A DNA stretch of 64,000 nt from Myxococcota bacterium. GTDB lineage: Bacteria; Myxococcota_A; UBA796; SXON01. The position numbers were made by a program, and so were the translations under genes. The notes below the pieces were generated by a model. That model worked only from the letters and a program-made list of their open reading frames with translations, did not search any database and was not told where the DNA came from. Numbering within the stretch: position 1 is the first letter of the stretch; each line of letters opens with the position of its first letter. The stretch covers positions 1 through 64,000 of the forward strand of contig JAZKFH010000016.1 in the NCBI GenBank assembly GCA_040386535.1, written 5' to 3'. Below, one piece after another: positions 9,330-21,012 of this stretch.

Positions 9330-10147
9330 CTGGGGACGAACATCAGCCAGGTCCAGACCTGGGGCTGGAGCCCGGTGGCGGTGGCGGTGCCGCCGGCGAC
9401 CGTGGCGGTGCCGAGAGCCTCGATGGCGCCGTACTCTTCGAGCGCGTACACGTCGTACGTGCCGTCCGGCGAGGAGAGGCCGGTGACGACGATGTCCATG
9501 GGGGCGCCGGGCTCGGCGCCCCAGGGCAGGAGGCCCACGGCGAAAGCGGGCGCGAGGGGGGTCCAGAGCGGGGTGAGCTCGGTGCCTTCGAGCACGCCGG
9601 CGAACACGTTGAAGTCCCCGTTGTCCTCGGCCACGCCGAACGGCAGTTCCAGCGACGAGGCCGTGAACGTGAGCGAAACGTCACCGAGGTCGTAGCTCTG
9701 CGCGCCGGCGCTCTCGTTCGCGATCACGGGGCCCTCGGCGGGCGGCACGACCATGGGCGCGGGGATGGAGAACGCCTCGCTGACGCCGAGGTCGACGCCG
9801 ACCAGGGAGTTTCCAAAGTTGGGCAGGGTGTAGGTGGCGCCGATCGCGTCGACCTTGAACCGCGCGGCTTCGAGGCCGGCCTGGAAGAAGTTGCCCGCGG
9901 CGTCGGTCTCCGCGTAGCGGCACACGGTCGAGCACACCTGCACTTCCATGTCGGCCGCGGGGCTGCCGTCCGCGAAGATCACCATGCCGGAGATCGAGGC
10001 GTCACGCGGATCCGCGTCGGTGTCCGCGTCGGTATCCGTGTCCGTGTCCGCATCGGTGTCGGTGTCCGCGTCCGCCGGCTCCGCGCCGGTGTCGTCCTTG
10101 GTGCCGCCCGTGCAGGCGAGGAGGAGCAGAAGAGGGAGCAAGCGCAT
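9326..10147 (-). CDS. Lipoprotein with Asp-rich linker and carboxypeptidase-regulatory-like (beta-sandwich) domain
   Basis: MRLLPLLLLLA-C lipobox, GGAGG RBS, (D-[AT])n linker, ISGMV..DGSP..V....TDAAGNF pattern. Confidence 0.8.
   Translation of the reverse strand: MRLLPLLLLLACTGGTKDDTGAEPADADTDTDADTDTDTDADTDADPRDASISGMVIFADGSPAADMEVQVCSTVCRYAETDAAGNFFQAGLEAARFKVDAIGATYTLPNFGNSLVGVDLGVSEAFSIPAPMVVPPAEGPVIANESAGAQSYDLGDVSLTFTASSLELPFGVAEDNGDFNVFAGVLEGTELTPLWTPLAPAFAVGLLPWGAEPGAPMDIVVTGLSSPDGTYDVYALEEYGAIEALGTATVAGGTATATGLQPQVWTWLMFVPS
10009..10072 (-). repeat. 6-bp-period low-complexity repeat encoding DADTDTDADTDTDTDADTDAD
   Basis: Degenerate GAC-GCG/ACC repeats inside the lipoprotein gene. 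Confidence 0.85.
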
Positions 10148-10169
10148 GGAGCCTCCGGTCGCGCGCAGT

Positions 10170-10664
10170 CTATCCGCGCCGAATGACGATGCGCACACCC
10201 ATCAGCAGGCGTTCGGCCTCCGCGTGCGCGTCCGCGGTGAGTTCGACGCCTTGCACGTCCACCAGCGTGATCCAGCCGCGCGCGAAGCCGGCCTCGGGGA
10301 GGTAGTGCAGCTCGACCAGATCGTGCGCCTGGCCACACGCGCAGTCGAGCTGCCGCGGGCCGCCTGCCCGCCACGCCTCGAGCGCGCGGCCGAACGCGGC
10401 GACCACGTTCTGTTCGGTCACCGGGCAGCGCACGGCGAAGCCGCCCTGCCCGCTCGACGCGAAGTGGACCCGGTCGAACCGCTCGACCCGAGCGCGCGCG
10501 AAGCCGCCCACCACGAGCGGACGCGGGCCCGGGCCCCCGTCCTCGTCGATCCAGCCACCGTCCTCCAGCGCCTCGAACAGGCGCTCCACGAAGTCGACCG
10601 GGCGCTCGGGATCAGCCGGGAGCAGGAGCAGGGAGAGGCGGTGGGCGGCGGGGGGCACGCGCAA
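10170..10664 (-). CDS. Hypothetical protein, possible zinc-binding (CPVT...CACG)
   Basis: Fills the gap in a minus-strand run; Cys motifs present; start uncertain. Confidence 0.65.
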   Translation of the reverse strand: MRVPPAAHRLSLLLLPADPERPVDFVERLFEALEDGGWIDEDGGPGPRPLVVGGFARARVERFDRVHFASSGQGGFAVRCPVTEQNVVAAFGRALEAWRAGGPRQLDCACGQAHDLVELHYLPEAGFARGWITLVDVQGVELTADAHAEAERLLMGVRIVIRRG

Positions 10665-10682
10665 GGGTAAGCGCGCCGACAG

Positions 10683-11132
10683 TCAGAACCAGTCCGGGAT
10701 CTCGATCTCCACTTCTCCCAGCACCTGCGCCTGGCAGGCGAGCCGGTCGCCGCGGAGCACATGGTCCGAGCCGAGCGCCATTTCTTCCATCCCCTCCCGC
10801 TTCGAGAGGTTGCGTGCGCCCTTGACGATGACGACGCGGCATGTGCCGCAAGACGAGTTTCCGCCGCAATAGCTGCGAAGATCCAAGCGCCCGGCCTCGG
10901 CGGCCTCCAGCACGGTGGTGCCGCGCTCGACCCGGACCGTCGTGCCGCCGAAGCGCACCTCGACCGGGCCCGTCGTCACGCGGGATGGCGCCGCGGCGGG
11001 AGAACGCCCAAGGAACGGGGCCACCTGCGTCTCGTTGCGGAGAACGCGCTCGGCCATGGTGGCGCCCGCGCGGCTGGCTGCGCGGAGCCCCCGACGGAGC
11101 AGGCGGAACGGGAGGACCGGTTCGTCCGACAT
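10683..11132 (-). CDS. 2Fe-2S ferredoxin with N-terminal extension
   Basis: CGGNSSCGTC...RLACQ motif; TVLEAAE. Confidence 0.9.
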   Translation of the reverse strand: MSDEPVLPFRLLRRGLRAASRAGATMAERVLRNETQVAPFLGRSPAAAPSRVTTGPVEVRFGGTTVRVERGTTVLEAAEAGRLDLRSYCGGNSSCGTCRVVIVKGARNLSKREGMEEMALGSDHVLRGDRLACQAQVLGEVEIEIPDWF

Positions 11133-11239
11133 CGACCGTACTGTGGACCGCCGGTGCGTCGCGTGCAAGGCCCACCCCGCCGGCCCGTAGCGTGCAGCAC
11201 AAGGCTCTTTCGCTGGCTATGTTCGAGGCTCGGAGCCGC

Positions 11240-13153
11240 GTGCACGCCTCCCGCCCCCCGATCCCCGCCCCACGTGTGAGCGCCCCGCTCCGGCGGGCGG
11301 CGCTCTACCTCGCCTTTTCCGGGGTGATCCACGCCGCGCCCGTGGCCGCGTGGATCGCGGAAGGCCCCGAGATCGGGTGGGACGAGCCCACGCGAGTCCG
11401 GACGCTCGACGCCGCGGAGGACGCTGCGCTGGCGCGCGCCGAGCGTGAGCGAGCGCTGCCGCGGACCGAGGCGGAGACGCGGGCGCAGGTGATGCGCGAA
11501 GAGGCCGCTCGCGCCGCCGCGAGGGCCGTCGTGGCGCGCGCGCAGGCCGTGCGTGCCGAGGCCACCCGGGCCGACGCGGAGCGCCGGGCGGTCGCCGCGG
11601 CCGACGTTGCGCGGCGCACGGCGGAGCGGGCGGAGGAGGCGCGGGAGAAGGCGGCGGCGGCGACCCGGGCGCCCGTAGAAGCCACGCGAGAGGCGGCGCG
11701 AAAGGTGGCGGAGACGGCGGAGGAGCAGGCGCGAGACGCGCTGGCGGCGCGGCTGGAGGCGGATCGCGAGGTGGCGGCCGCCCAGCGAACGGTCGACGAC
11801 ACGCGGGTGGAAGCGGCGAAGGCCGATGCGATGAAGGCGGAGGCCGAGCGGCAGGCTGCCCGCGTGGAGCAGGAGCTGCTCGAGGCGAAGGTGGCGGCGA
11901 AGCTGAAACCGGAGGCAGCGCCGAAGGTGGAGCCGCCCAAGGTGGCGCCCGCGCCGAAGCCTCCCGTGGAGGAGGTCGCCGCCGCGCCCAAGCCCCCGCC
12001 CGAGGCCGCGCCGAAGCCCCAGCCACAAGCGAAGGTGCAGGAGCGTGGCGACGCCCAGGCCAGCGGCGGCAACACCGGGCCCGTCACCCGCTGGCTCGCG
12101 TTCGTGCGTGGCGAGGGGGCGGACGAGGGATCCGCGGACCCCGACGCACGCTACATCAGCGACCGGAACCGGCGCGCCCCCGAGGAGACCCGCGCGGCGG
12201 CGGACGTGGCCCGCGCCAACGGAGACGGGCGCGCCGAGACGGAGTTCGCCACGCGCACGAGCACCGCGACCACACCGGGCGAGGCGGCGAAGCACACGGC
12301 GGCGCGCGTCGAGATCGGCCAGCCCACCCCTCCCCCCGCGTCACCCCGCACCCCACCGCCCGCGCCGCGCACGGCCGCGCGTACGCCCGCTCCCCGTCGG
12401 GACGGCGTGCGCCTCCCGCCCGGCGCCGTCGAGCTCCCCTACCTCACCGAGGCCCCCGGCCCCTCCCCGTCGATGCCCTCCTCGGACCTGCGGCTCTCCG
12501 CCGGCACGATCGACCTCACGTCCCGCGCGTCCCCCGACACCACCGCGGACACCGCGCGCCGTGTCGCCCGCCTCACGCCGCCGCCGCCACCACCGGCCCC
12601 GGCGTCCCTCCCCGACGCTCCCCTCCCCCCCGAGCGCCCGAAGGCCCCGCGCCCTCCGCTCGAGGACGACTTCTGGTCCGCCTCCACCGTACCCACCCTC
12701 ACGGATCCCGAGGTCGCGTCCACCGATCTCGACGCGACCCCGAACGTTAAGCCGGACACCTTCCTGCTCGCCGCCGAGCAGGCCGACGCGCGGGGCTGGT
12801 CGGACCTCGCCATCCTCGACGAGAAGGCCGTGTTGTCCGACCAGGCCCGCTACGGGGCGCGCGCCCACGTGCTCGGGGCCTGGCTGAGCGGCGTCGACGA
12901 CGGGCTTCGTGAGCGGTGGGTCTACCCGCCGGCGCTCCGCGCCCTCGGCGTCGAAGGCACCGTGGTGCTGTGGTTCTACGTGTCGCGAACGGGGGCGGTG
13001 TCGAGCCTGCAGATCCACGCGGGCTCCGGCAACACGGAGCTCGATCTGGCGGCCCTCGCCGCGGTTCCCGCGAAGGTGACCGCGATGCCGGCTGGCAGCG
13101 GCAGTGGCCAATGGCTCGAGAAGGTGTTCCGGTACCGGGCCTCGCCGCCATAG
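11240..13153 (+). CDS. TonB/TolA-like energy transducer (TM with SxxxH, Ala/Glu/Arg helix, Pro-rich linker, TonB-C domain)
   Basis: LYLAFSGVIHA; C-terminal WVYPPALRALGVEGTVVLWFYVSRTGAV...SGNTELDLAAL. Start uncertain (11219/11240/11276). Confidence 0.8.
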   Translation: MHASRPPIPAPRVSAPLRRAALYLAFSGVIHAAPVAAWIAEGPEIGWDEPTRVRTLDAAEDAALARAERERALPRTEAETRAQVMREEAARAAARAVVARAQAVRAEATRADAERRAVAAADVARRTAERAEEAREKAAAATRAPVEATREAARKVAETAEEQARDALAARLEADREVAAAQRTVDDTRVEAAKADAMKAEAERQAARVEQELLEAKVAAKLKPEAAPKVEPPKVAPAPKPPVEEVAAAPKPPPEAAPKPQPQAKVQERGDAQASGGNTGPVTRWLAFVRGEGADEGSADPDARYISDRNRRAPEETRAAADVARANGDGRAETEFATRTSTATTPGEAAKHTAARVEIGQPTPPPASPRTPPPAPRTAARTPAPRRDGVRLPPGAVELPYLTEAPGPSPSMPSSDLRLSAGTIDLTSRASPDTTADTARRVARLTPPPPPPAPASLPDAPLPPERPKAPRPPLEDDFWSASTVPTLTDPEVASTDLDATPNVKPDTFLLAAEQADARGWSDLAILDEKAVLSDQARYGARAHVLGAWLSGVDDGLRERWVYPPALRALGVEGTVVLWFYVSRTGAVSSLQIHAGSGNTELDLAALAAVPAKVTAMPAGSGSGQWLEKVFRYRASPP

Positions 13154-13248
13154 GGGGGATCGGGGGGATCCCACCCCGCCCGGGCGGACGCCACGCCACA
13201 GTTGCCGCTTGTCGTTGTAGGGAACCCGGCAATAAGCTCTAGGAGGAC

Positions 13249-14343
13249 ATGCCCGACCGCACCCCAACGCAGACGCCCCAGCCTCGCTGGCGGATTCTCG
13301 TCCTGGTGGCGCTGTCCGTGCTCCTCCACGTCGTGCTCGCGCCGCTGGCGGCCCCCCTCTTCGGCGCGCTCGACCTGTCCGGCTACGAGCAGCCCGTCTC
13401 CGTGCGGATGATCGACGGGGACCCCCTCGACGCGATGACCCCCGACCAGGTCGCCCGCCTCCAGGACCTCGAGGCCAAGATCGAAGAAGAGATGGAGGAG
13501 AAGCCCGAGGAGGAGGAGCCGGAGCCGGTGATGCCGGACGGGCAGGTCGTCGAGACGGTGACCCCGGACGAGGAGAAGGTCCCGCTCGTTTCCGACTACC
13601 TCGCGGAGCACGACAACGCGGTCAAGGAAGAGACGAGGACGGACGCCTACAAGGTCAATCCCGACGTGCTGTCGAACCAGTACAGCCGGGAGTCGAAGAT
13701 GGAGTTCGAGGACGTGATGGACGTCGGCGCCACCGACAAGTCCAGCGGCGCCACCGTCGGCAGCCTGAACGACCCGGCGCCCGGAAAAGGAGCGCCCCGC
13801 TCGATCATCCCCTCCCCCTGGGCGCTGACCAACAAGGAGGGCCTGGCCGCGCCGACCAAGGCCTCGTCCAGCACCCAGTCGTTGTCCGGCGCCCCGCAGA
13901 ACGATCTCCTTAACGAGAAACTCGATCGGTCGGTCGCCCTCAATACGCGGGAGTTCCTCGGCGCGGCGTACATGAACCGCATCCGCCGCCAGGTGAACTT
14001 CTACTGGAAGCAGAGCCTCGACAACGTCTCGCCGTCGCTCCGGCTGTCCAAGCCCGCGTACAACACGGTGGTGGCCATCGTGCTGAGCGGCGAGGGCGCG
14101 TTGGAGAGCATCTCCATCACGACCGAGAGCGGCTCCGGACCGCTCGACAACGTCGTCGTGGAGGCCTTCCGGGTGGCCGGGCCGTTCCCCAATCCGCCCG
14201 AGCAGCTCGTACGGAAGGACGGCCGCGTGTACCTCTCCGACCTCGACTTCACCGTGACGCTCGGGCAGGCGACGATGCAGTACCAGGGCATCGATCCGCG
14301 CGCGGAAGTGCAGTTTCCGGGCATCCTCAAGTCGCCGCGTTAG
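13249..14343 (+). CDS. TonB C-terminal domain protein
   Basis: AGGAGG RBS; ALSVLLH TM motif; YMNRIRRQV..W...ESGSGPLDNVVVEAFRVAGPFPNPP. Confidence 0.85.
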   Translation: MPDRTPTQTPQPRWRILVLVALSVLLHVVLAPLAAPLFGALDLSGYEQPVSVRMIDGDPLDAMTPDQVARLQDLEAKIEEEMEEKPEEEEPEPVMPDGQVVETVTPDEEKVPLVSDYLAEHDNAVKEETRTDAYKVNPDVLSNQYSRESKMEFEDVMDVGATDKSSGATVGSLNDPAPGKGAPRSIIPSPWALTNKEGLAAPTKASSSTQSLSGAPQNDLLNEKLDRSVALNTREFLGAAYMNRIRRQVNFYWKQSLDNVSPSLRLSKPAYNTVVAIVLSGEGALESISITTESGSGPLDNVVVEAFRVAGPFPNPPEQLVRKDGRVYLSDLDFTVTLGQATMQYQGIDPRAEVQFPGILKSPR

Positions 14344-14380
14344 CCCGGCTCGTAGTCGAGCTTCGTGGTACACTTCCCCG

Positions 14381-16101
<1,721 letters not shown>

Positions 16102-16105
<4 letters not shown>

Positions 16106-16893
16106 TCCTGCTCCTCGCGTCCCTCGCCTCCGCGTGCCCCGACCTGAACGACGCGGTCGAGCGGGCCACGTCCGCCCTCATCTCCGGCGACTTCGCGGAC
16201 GCGCGCACCGCGCTGGACGCCGCGGAGGCCTCCTTCGCGTGCGCCCCCGCCACCACCAGCCAGATCGCGCGCTTCTGGCTCGTCGAGGGCGCCTCCGCGC
16301 ACCTCCGCAACGAGACAGCGAACGCACGCACGTTCCTGGCGGCCGCGCGCGAAGCGGCGCCCACCGAGTTCGACGACAGGCTCGGCCCCGAGATCCGCGC
16401 CACCTGGGCGGCCGCCGTGCCCGACGGGTCGGGCAGCCTCGTGCTCGAGCCGCGCCGCGCCGTCCTCATCGACGGTCAGGGCGTGACCGAGTGGCCGGCC
16501 ATCATCTCCGCTGCGCCGCACGTGCTGCAGGTGGTCGGCGCCGACGGCACGGTCCGCTTCGGGCGCGTGGTCCGCATCAGCGCGGGAGAGGACGCGATGG
16601 TCGAGGCGAACCTGGGGAACGAGCCCGCGGCCGCGGGGATCGCCGGCGTGGCCGCCCCGAAGGAGGCCCGGCCCAAGAAGTCGCCCGCGATGCTGATCCT
16701 GGCGGGTGTGGCCGCGGCGGGCGCGGGCGCGTTCGCGGGCGGGGCCCTCGCGCAGAACCCCACGCTGGACACGGCGACCGACGTGGAGACGCTCGACAGC
16801 ACGTTCGCCCGCCAGCAGGCCTTCGGGTACACCAGCTACGGCCTGATGGGCGCGGCGGCGGCGGTGTTCACGCTGCACTTCGTCATCAAGTAG
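16102..16893 (+). CDS. Exported/membrane protein coupled to the kinase (TPR-like helices, PEGA-like domain, C-terminal hydrophobic hairpin)
   Basis: ATGA overlap with the kinase stop; short signal MILLLASLASA; VLIDG motif; two C-terminal hydrophobic helices. Confidence 0.75.
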
Positions 16894-16923
16894 CGGTCAT
16901 CAAGTAGCGGTCAGCTACTTGAT
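16882..16923. repeat. 14-bp tandem duplication plus 10-bp hairpin at a convergent gene junction (possible bidirectional terminator)
   Basis: GTCATCAAGTAGCG x2 (16882-16909); ATCAAGTAGC-ggtca-GCTACTTGAT (16899-16923). Confidence 0.8.
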
Positions 16924-17679
16924 CGGCCCCTCGAGCCGCCCCTCGACGAACTGCCGCACGCGCGGATCGTCGGTCTCCCGGAAGGTCTCCGCGGTGCCCT
17001 CGAGGATCACCTGGCCCTCGTGCAGCATCGCGATCTTGTCGGCGATGCGGAACGTGGCCGCCATGTCGTGGCTGATGACCAGCGAGGTCAGGCCCGGGTT
17101 CGCGTCCTGGGTGTCGCGGATGAGCGCGTCGATCTGGGCGGTCATGATCGGGTCGAGCCCGGTAGTGGGCTCGTCGTAGAGCAGGAACTCGGGACCGCGC
17201 ACCATCGCCCTCGCGACGCCCACGCGCTTGCGCATGCCGCCGGACAGCTGGTTCACCTGCTTGCGGCCGGCGTCCGCGAGGCCCACGGACGCCAGCATGG
17301 CCTCGACGCGGATGCGGATCTGGTCCTCCTTGAGCTTGCTGTGCTCGCGGAGCGGGAACGCCACGTTGTCGTAGACGTCCATCGAGTCGAACAGCGCGGC
17401 GTGCTGGAACACCATGCCGAAGCGGAAGCGCTCCTTGCGCAGCTCGCGGTCGGACAGCCCGGTGAGGGCCTGCCCGCCGATGCGGATCACGCCGCCGTCC
17501 GGACGCATCAGCCCCATCACGTGCTTGAGCAGCACGCTCTTTCCGGTGCCGCTCCGCCCGATGATCACGGTGACCTCACCGCGCGGCACGACCAGATCCA
17601 CGCCGCGGAGCACGTCCTGAGTCCCGAAGCGTTTGCGCACACCTTCGAGCTCGATGCCCTCCTCCTTCTTCGGCTTCAT
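16915..17679 (-). CDS. mlaF: ABC ATPase, MlaF/Mkl family
   Basis: GRSGTGKS, FQHAALFDSM, LSGGMRKRV, LYDEPTTGLDP, SHD; coupled to mlaE (TGATG). Confidence 0.92.
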   Translation of the reverse strand: MKPKKEEGIELEGVRKRFGTQDVLRGVDLVVPRGEVTVIIGRSGTGKSVLLKHVMGLMRPDGGVIRIGGQALTGLSDRELRKERFRFGMVFQHAALFDSMDVYDNVAFPLREHSKLKEDQIRIRVEAMLASVGLADAGRKQVNQLSGGMRKRVGVARAMVRGPEFLLYDEPTTGLDPIMTAQIDALIRDTQDANPGLTSLVISHDMAATFRIADKIAMLHEGQVILEGTAETFRETDDPRVRQFVEGRLEGPIK

Positions 17680-18461
17680 CAACCCACCGACAGGGGGGCC
17701 AGGATCAGCGTCATGAAGTAGTCGCTCGTGAGGATGAGCACCCCCGAGATGACGACGGCCGTGGTCGTGGCGCGCCCGACCCCCTCGGCCCCGCCCGCCG
17801 TGGTGAAGCCCTTGTAGCAGCCCACGGACGACAGCAGGAGGCCGAACACGGAGGACTTGATGAGGCCGCCGATGATGTCGTCCGGGTCGACCCACCACTC
17901 GATGCGCGCCTGGAACGCGCCGGGCGTCACGGAGAGCTGCTTGACGGCGACGTACCAGCAGCCGAACACGCCCACGACGTTGAACACCATCGTGAGCGCC
18001 GGCACCATCAGGGTGGCGGCGAGGATGCGCGGCGCGGCGAGGTACTGGTGCGCGTCGATCCCCATGCTGTCGAGCGCGTCGATCTGCTCGGTGACCCGCA
18101 TGGTGCCGAGCTCGGCGGCCATCGCGCTCCCGACGCGCCCGTTGACCATCAGCGCCGTGAGCACCGGGGAGAGCTCCCGCGTGAGCGAGAGCGTCACGAT
18201 CGCCCCGATCAGGCTCTCCGCGCCGAAGCGGGAGAAGCCGACATTGGCCTGCACCGCGAACACCATGCCGGTGAACAACCCGGTCACGATCACGATGAGC
18301 AGCGACTCCACCCCCACGAAATGCATCTGCTTGAACAGCAGGCGGAGGCGGTACGGCGGCATCAGCCCCGCCGCCATCGACCGCATCAGGAAGCGCACGT
18401 AGAAGCCTACCGCTTCGATCGACGTGACGAGCCAGGCCCCGAGCCGGGTGATCGGGTTCAT
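17679..18461 (-). CDS. mlaE: ABC permease, MlaE family
   Basis: [46 protein letters not shown]. Confidence 0.95.
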   Translation of the reverse strand: MNPITRLGAWLVTSIEAVGFYVRFLMRSMAAGLMPPYRLRLLFKQMHFVGVESLLIVIVTGLFTGMVFAVQANVGFSRFGAESLIGAIVTLSLTRELSPVLTALMVNGRVGSAMAAELGTMRVTEQIDALDSMGIDAHQYLAAPRILAATLMVPALTMVFNVVGVFGCWYVAVKQLSVTPGAFQARIEWWVDPDDIIGGLIKSSVFGLLLSSVGCYKGFTTAGGAEGVGRATTTAVVISGVLILTSDYFMTLILAPLSVG

Positions 18462-18529
18462 CGGCGCTCGGGGTGGGGTCGGGCGGGAGAGGGCATCGGG
18501 CCGACCGCCTATCCGGTTATGCGGCTCGG

Positions 18530-19477
18530 ATGCGCATCCTCGTCACCGGCGGAGCCGGCTTCGTCCCCTCCCATCTCTGCGAACGCCTCCTGGTGGACGG
18601 TCACGACGTCGTGGCCGTCGACAACTTCGTGACCGGGCACCGTCGTAACCTCGCCGTGTTGGAGAAGAGCCCCCGCTTCTCGTTCGTCGAGGCGGACGTG
18701 ACCAAGGAGCTGCCGGTCGACGGCAAGGTCGACCGCATCTTCCACATGGCGTCCCCCGCGAGCCCCATCGACTACGTGCAGCTCCCCTTCGAGACGCTCT
18801 ACGCGGGCAGCGACGCCACGCGCATCGGCCTCGATCGCGCGCGCGCGGACGGCGCCCGGTTCCTGCTCGCGTCGACCTCCGAGGTGTATGGCGACCCGAT
18901 CGTGCACCCCCAGGTCGAGTCGTACTGGGGCAACGTCAACCCCATCGGGCCCCGCAGCGTGTACGACGAGGCCAAGCGTTACGGCGAGGCCCTCACGATG
19001 GCCTACCACCGCTACCACGGCGTCCAGACGCGGATCGTGCGCATCTTCAACACCTACGGGCCCCGCATGCGCGCGAACGACGGGCGCGTGATGCCCGCCT
19101 TCTGCAGCCAGGCTCTCGCGGGCGAGCCGCTGACCGTGTTCGGCGAGGGCCGCCAGACCCGCAGCTTCTGCTACGTGACCGACCTGGTCGACGGCATCGT
19201 GCGGCTGATGGAGTCCGACCTCACCGAGCCGTGCAACGTCGGCAACCCGCACGAGATGACGATGCTCGAGCTGGCCGAGTACATCAACACGTTCACGGGG
19301 AACAAGGCCGGGATCGTGCACCGCCCCCTCCCCCCGGACGACCCCACCCAGCGCCGCCCCGACATCACGCGGGCCAAGACCGTGCTCGGTTGGGAGCCGC
19401 AGGTGCCGTTCGCCGAGGGGGTCGAGCGCACGGTCTCCTACTTCCGGGACCTTTTCGCGCGCGAGAGCGGCGCATAA
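18530..19477 (+). CDS. UDP-glucuronic acid decarboxylase (UDP-xylose synthase) family extended SDR
   Basis: [71 protein letters not shown]. Confidence 0.93.
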   Translation: MRILVTGGAGFVPSHLCERLLVDGHDVVAVDNFVTGHRRNLAVLEKSPRFSFVEADVTKELPVDGKVDRIFHMASPASPIDYVQLPFETLYAGSDATRIGLDRARADGARFLLASTSEVYGDPIVHPQVESYWGNVNPIGPRSVYDEAKRYGEALTMAYHRYHGVQTRIVRIFNTYGPRMRANDGRVMPAFCSQALAGEPLTVFGEGRQTRSFCYVTDLVDGIVRLMESDLTEPCNVGNPHEMTMLELAEYINTFTGNKAGIVHRPLPPDDPTQRRPDITRAKTVLGWEPQVPFAEGVERTVSYFRDLFARESGA

Positions 19478-19500
19478 GAATTCACGAGGAAGAACGGGCC

Positions 19501-19529
19501 TTGACGGTGACCGGGCTGGCGCCTATCGC
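19501..19529 (+). promoter_or_regulatory. Putative sigma70 promoter
   Basis: TTGACG-N17-TATCGC, 30 nt upstream of the ATG at 19560, with a GGAG RBS. Confidence 0.45.
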
Positions 19530-19559
19530 GTAGGCACACCCCGCAACACCGGAGCTTCG

Positions 19560-20984
19560 ATGGGCCTTCTTTTTGGGAGCGCGTCGACTCGCGCCTCCTC
19601 CGCCGGACCCTCCATCGGCATCATCGGCGCCGGGCCGGGAGGGCTCTCGCTCGCGCGGATCCTGACAGACCGCGGCTTCCGGGATGTCACCGTGCTGGAG
19701 AAGGCCGAGCGGGTGGGCGGCAAGTCGCGGACCGTCCAGCACGAGGGCCTCGGGCACGAGGTCGGCACCTGCTACTACACCGAGGGCTACACCTACGTCC
19801 GCGCGTGGATGCGGCGCTACGGGATCAGCGCCCATCGCCTGCACCGGCATGTCATCCACCGCGCGGACGGCTCCGCGACGGACTTCGGCCACTACGTCTC
19901 CGCCGGATCGCGACCACGGATGGTCGAGGAGCTGGCCCGCTACACGAAACACTGGATGCGCTTCTTCACGCTCCAGGAGCTCGGGCACGACCGCGCGACC
20001 TTCGATGCCGAGGTGTCCATCCCCTTCGGACAGTGGCTCCGCGAGCGCAACCTCGCGGCGATCGAACGTTTCGCGCTCCGATCGATGACCGCCATGGGCT
20101 ACGGGCACCTCGACCACGTGCCGGCGCTCTACGGGCTGCGCTGGAACAGCCCGAGCCTCTTGTTGTCGGCCGCCGCCATGCACATCGACGAGCCGGTGCC
20201 CGGCTGGTCGCACTTGTGGCAGGCCATGGCCGCCACGTTGGACGTGCGGCTCGGATGGGAGACCGCCCACGTCGAGCGAGGCCCCCGCGGCGTCGAGGTC
20301 ATCGCGAAGGACGGCGATCGCCTGCGGTTCGACCACCTCGTGGTCGCGACGCCGCCGGACGAGTGCGGCGCGTGGCTCCCCCTCGACAACGACGAGCGCG
20401 CCTTGTTCGGGCGCTTGCAGTGGGCCCAGTACTACACGAGCCTCGTGGTGGTAGACGGCTGGTTCAAGCACGAGGACACCCACTCCTACGAGGCGAACCT
20501 GCGCGGCGCGGACGGCCCCCAGGTAGGCCACATCCTGGTCGCGCGGCGCACCGGCGACAAGACCCCCGTGGCCGAGGCGCGCACCGACGCCCGAAAGCAT
20601 GTCTACGTGGTGTACCAATACGGCAGCCGCCAGCTCGCCGACACGACCCTGCGGGACCGGCTCACGCAGGACATCGCGCGGCAGGGCGGGCGGCTGGTGC
20701 AGGTGCTCGGACAGTTCCCGTGGCGGCATTCCCCCAAGCTCCCGGCCGCGGCCATCGCCTCGGGGGCCGTGTGGGCGCTGGAGGATCTCCAGGGCAAACG
20801 CAACACCTGGTACACCGGGGCCACGCTCTGCCACGAGTCGGTCAACAACATCGTCGGCTACAACGTGAAGCTCGCAGACCGCCTGGAGCACACGCTGCGC
20901 GGCTACGCGGAGCGGCCGATGGGGCGCTGGTGGTGGCAGGAGCGGCGCGCGGCCGAGCGGCTCCTCACCTGGCAGAACAAGTAG
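19560..20984 (+). CDS. FAD-dependent oxidoreductase resembling polyunsaturated fatty acid isomerase (PAI) family
   Basis: IGAGPGGL, E..ERVGGK, HEVG, MTAMGYG, and C-terminal LQGKRNTWYTG, recalled as similar to PAI MQGRRNTFYAG. Confidence 0.7.
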   Translation: MGLLFGSASTRASSAGPSIGIIGAGPGGLSLARILTDRGFRDVTVLEKAERVGGKSRTVQHEGLGHEVGTCYYTEGYTYVRAWMRRYGISAHRLHRHVIHRADGSATDFGHYVSAGSRPRMVEELARYTKHWMRFFTLQELGHDRATFDAEVSIPFGQWLRERNLAAIERFALRSMTAMGYGHLDHVPALYGLRWNSPSLLLSAAAMHIDEPVPGWSHLWQAMAATLDVRLGWETAHVERGPRGVEVIAKDGDRLRFDHLVVATPPDECGAWLPLDNDERALFGRLQWAQYYTSLVVVDGWFKHEDTHSYEANLRGADGPQVGHILVARRTGDKTPVAEARTDARKHVYVVYQYGSRQLADTTLRDRLTQDIARQGGRLVQVLGQFPWRHSPKLPAAAIASGAVWALEDLQGKRNTWYTGATLCHESVNNIVGYNVKLADRLEHTLRGYAERPMGRWWWQERRAAERLLTWQNK

Positions 20985-21012
20985 GCGTTTCGCGTCCTTA
21001 CCACCGCATCAC

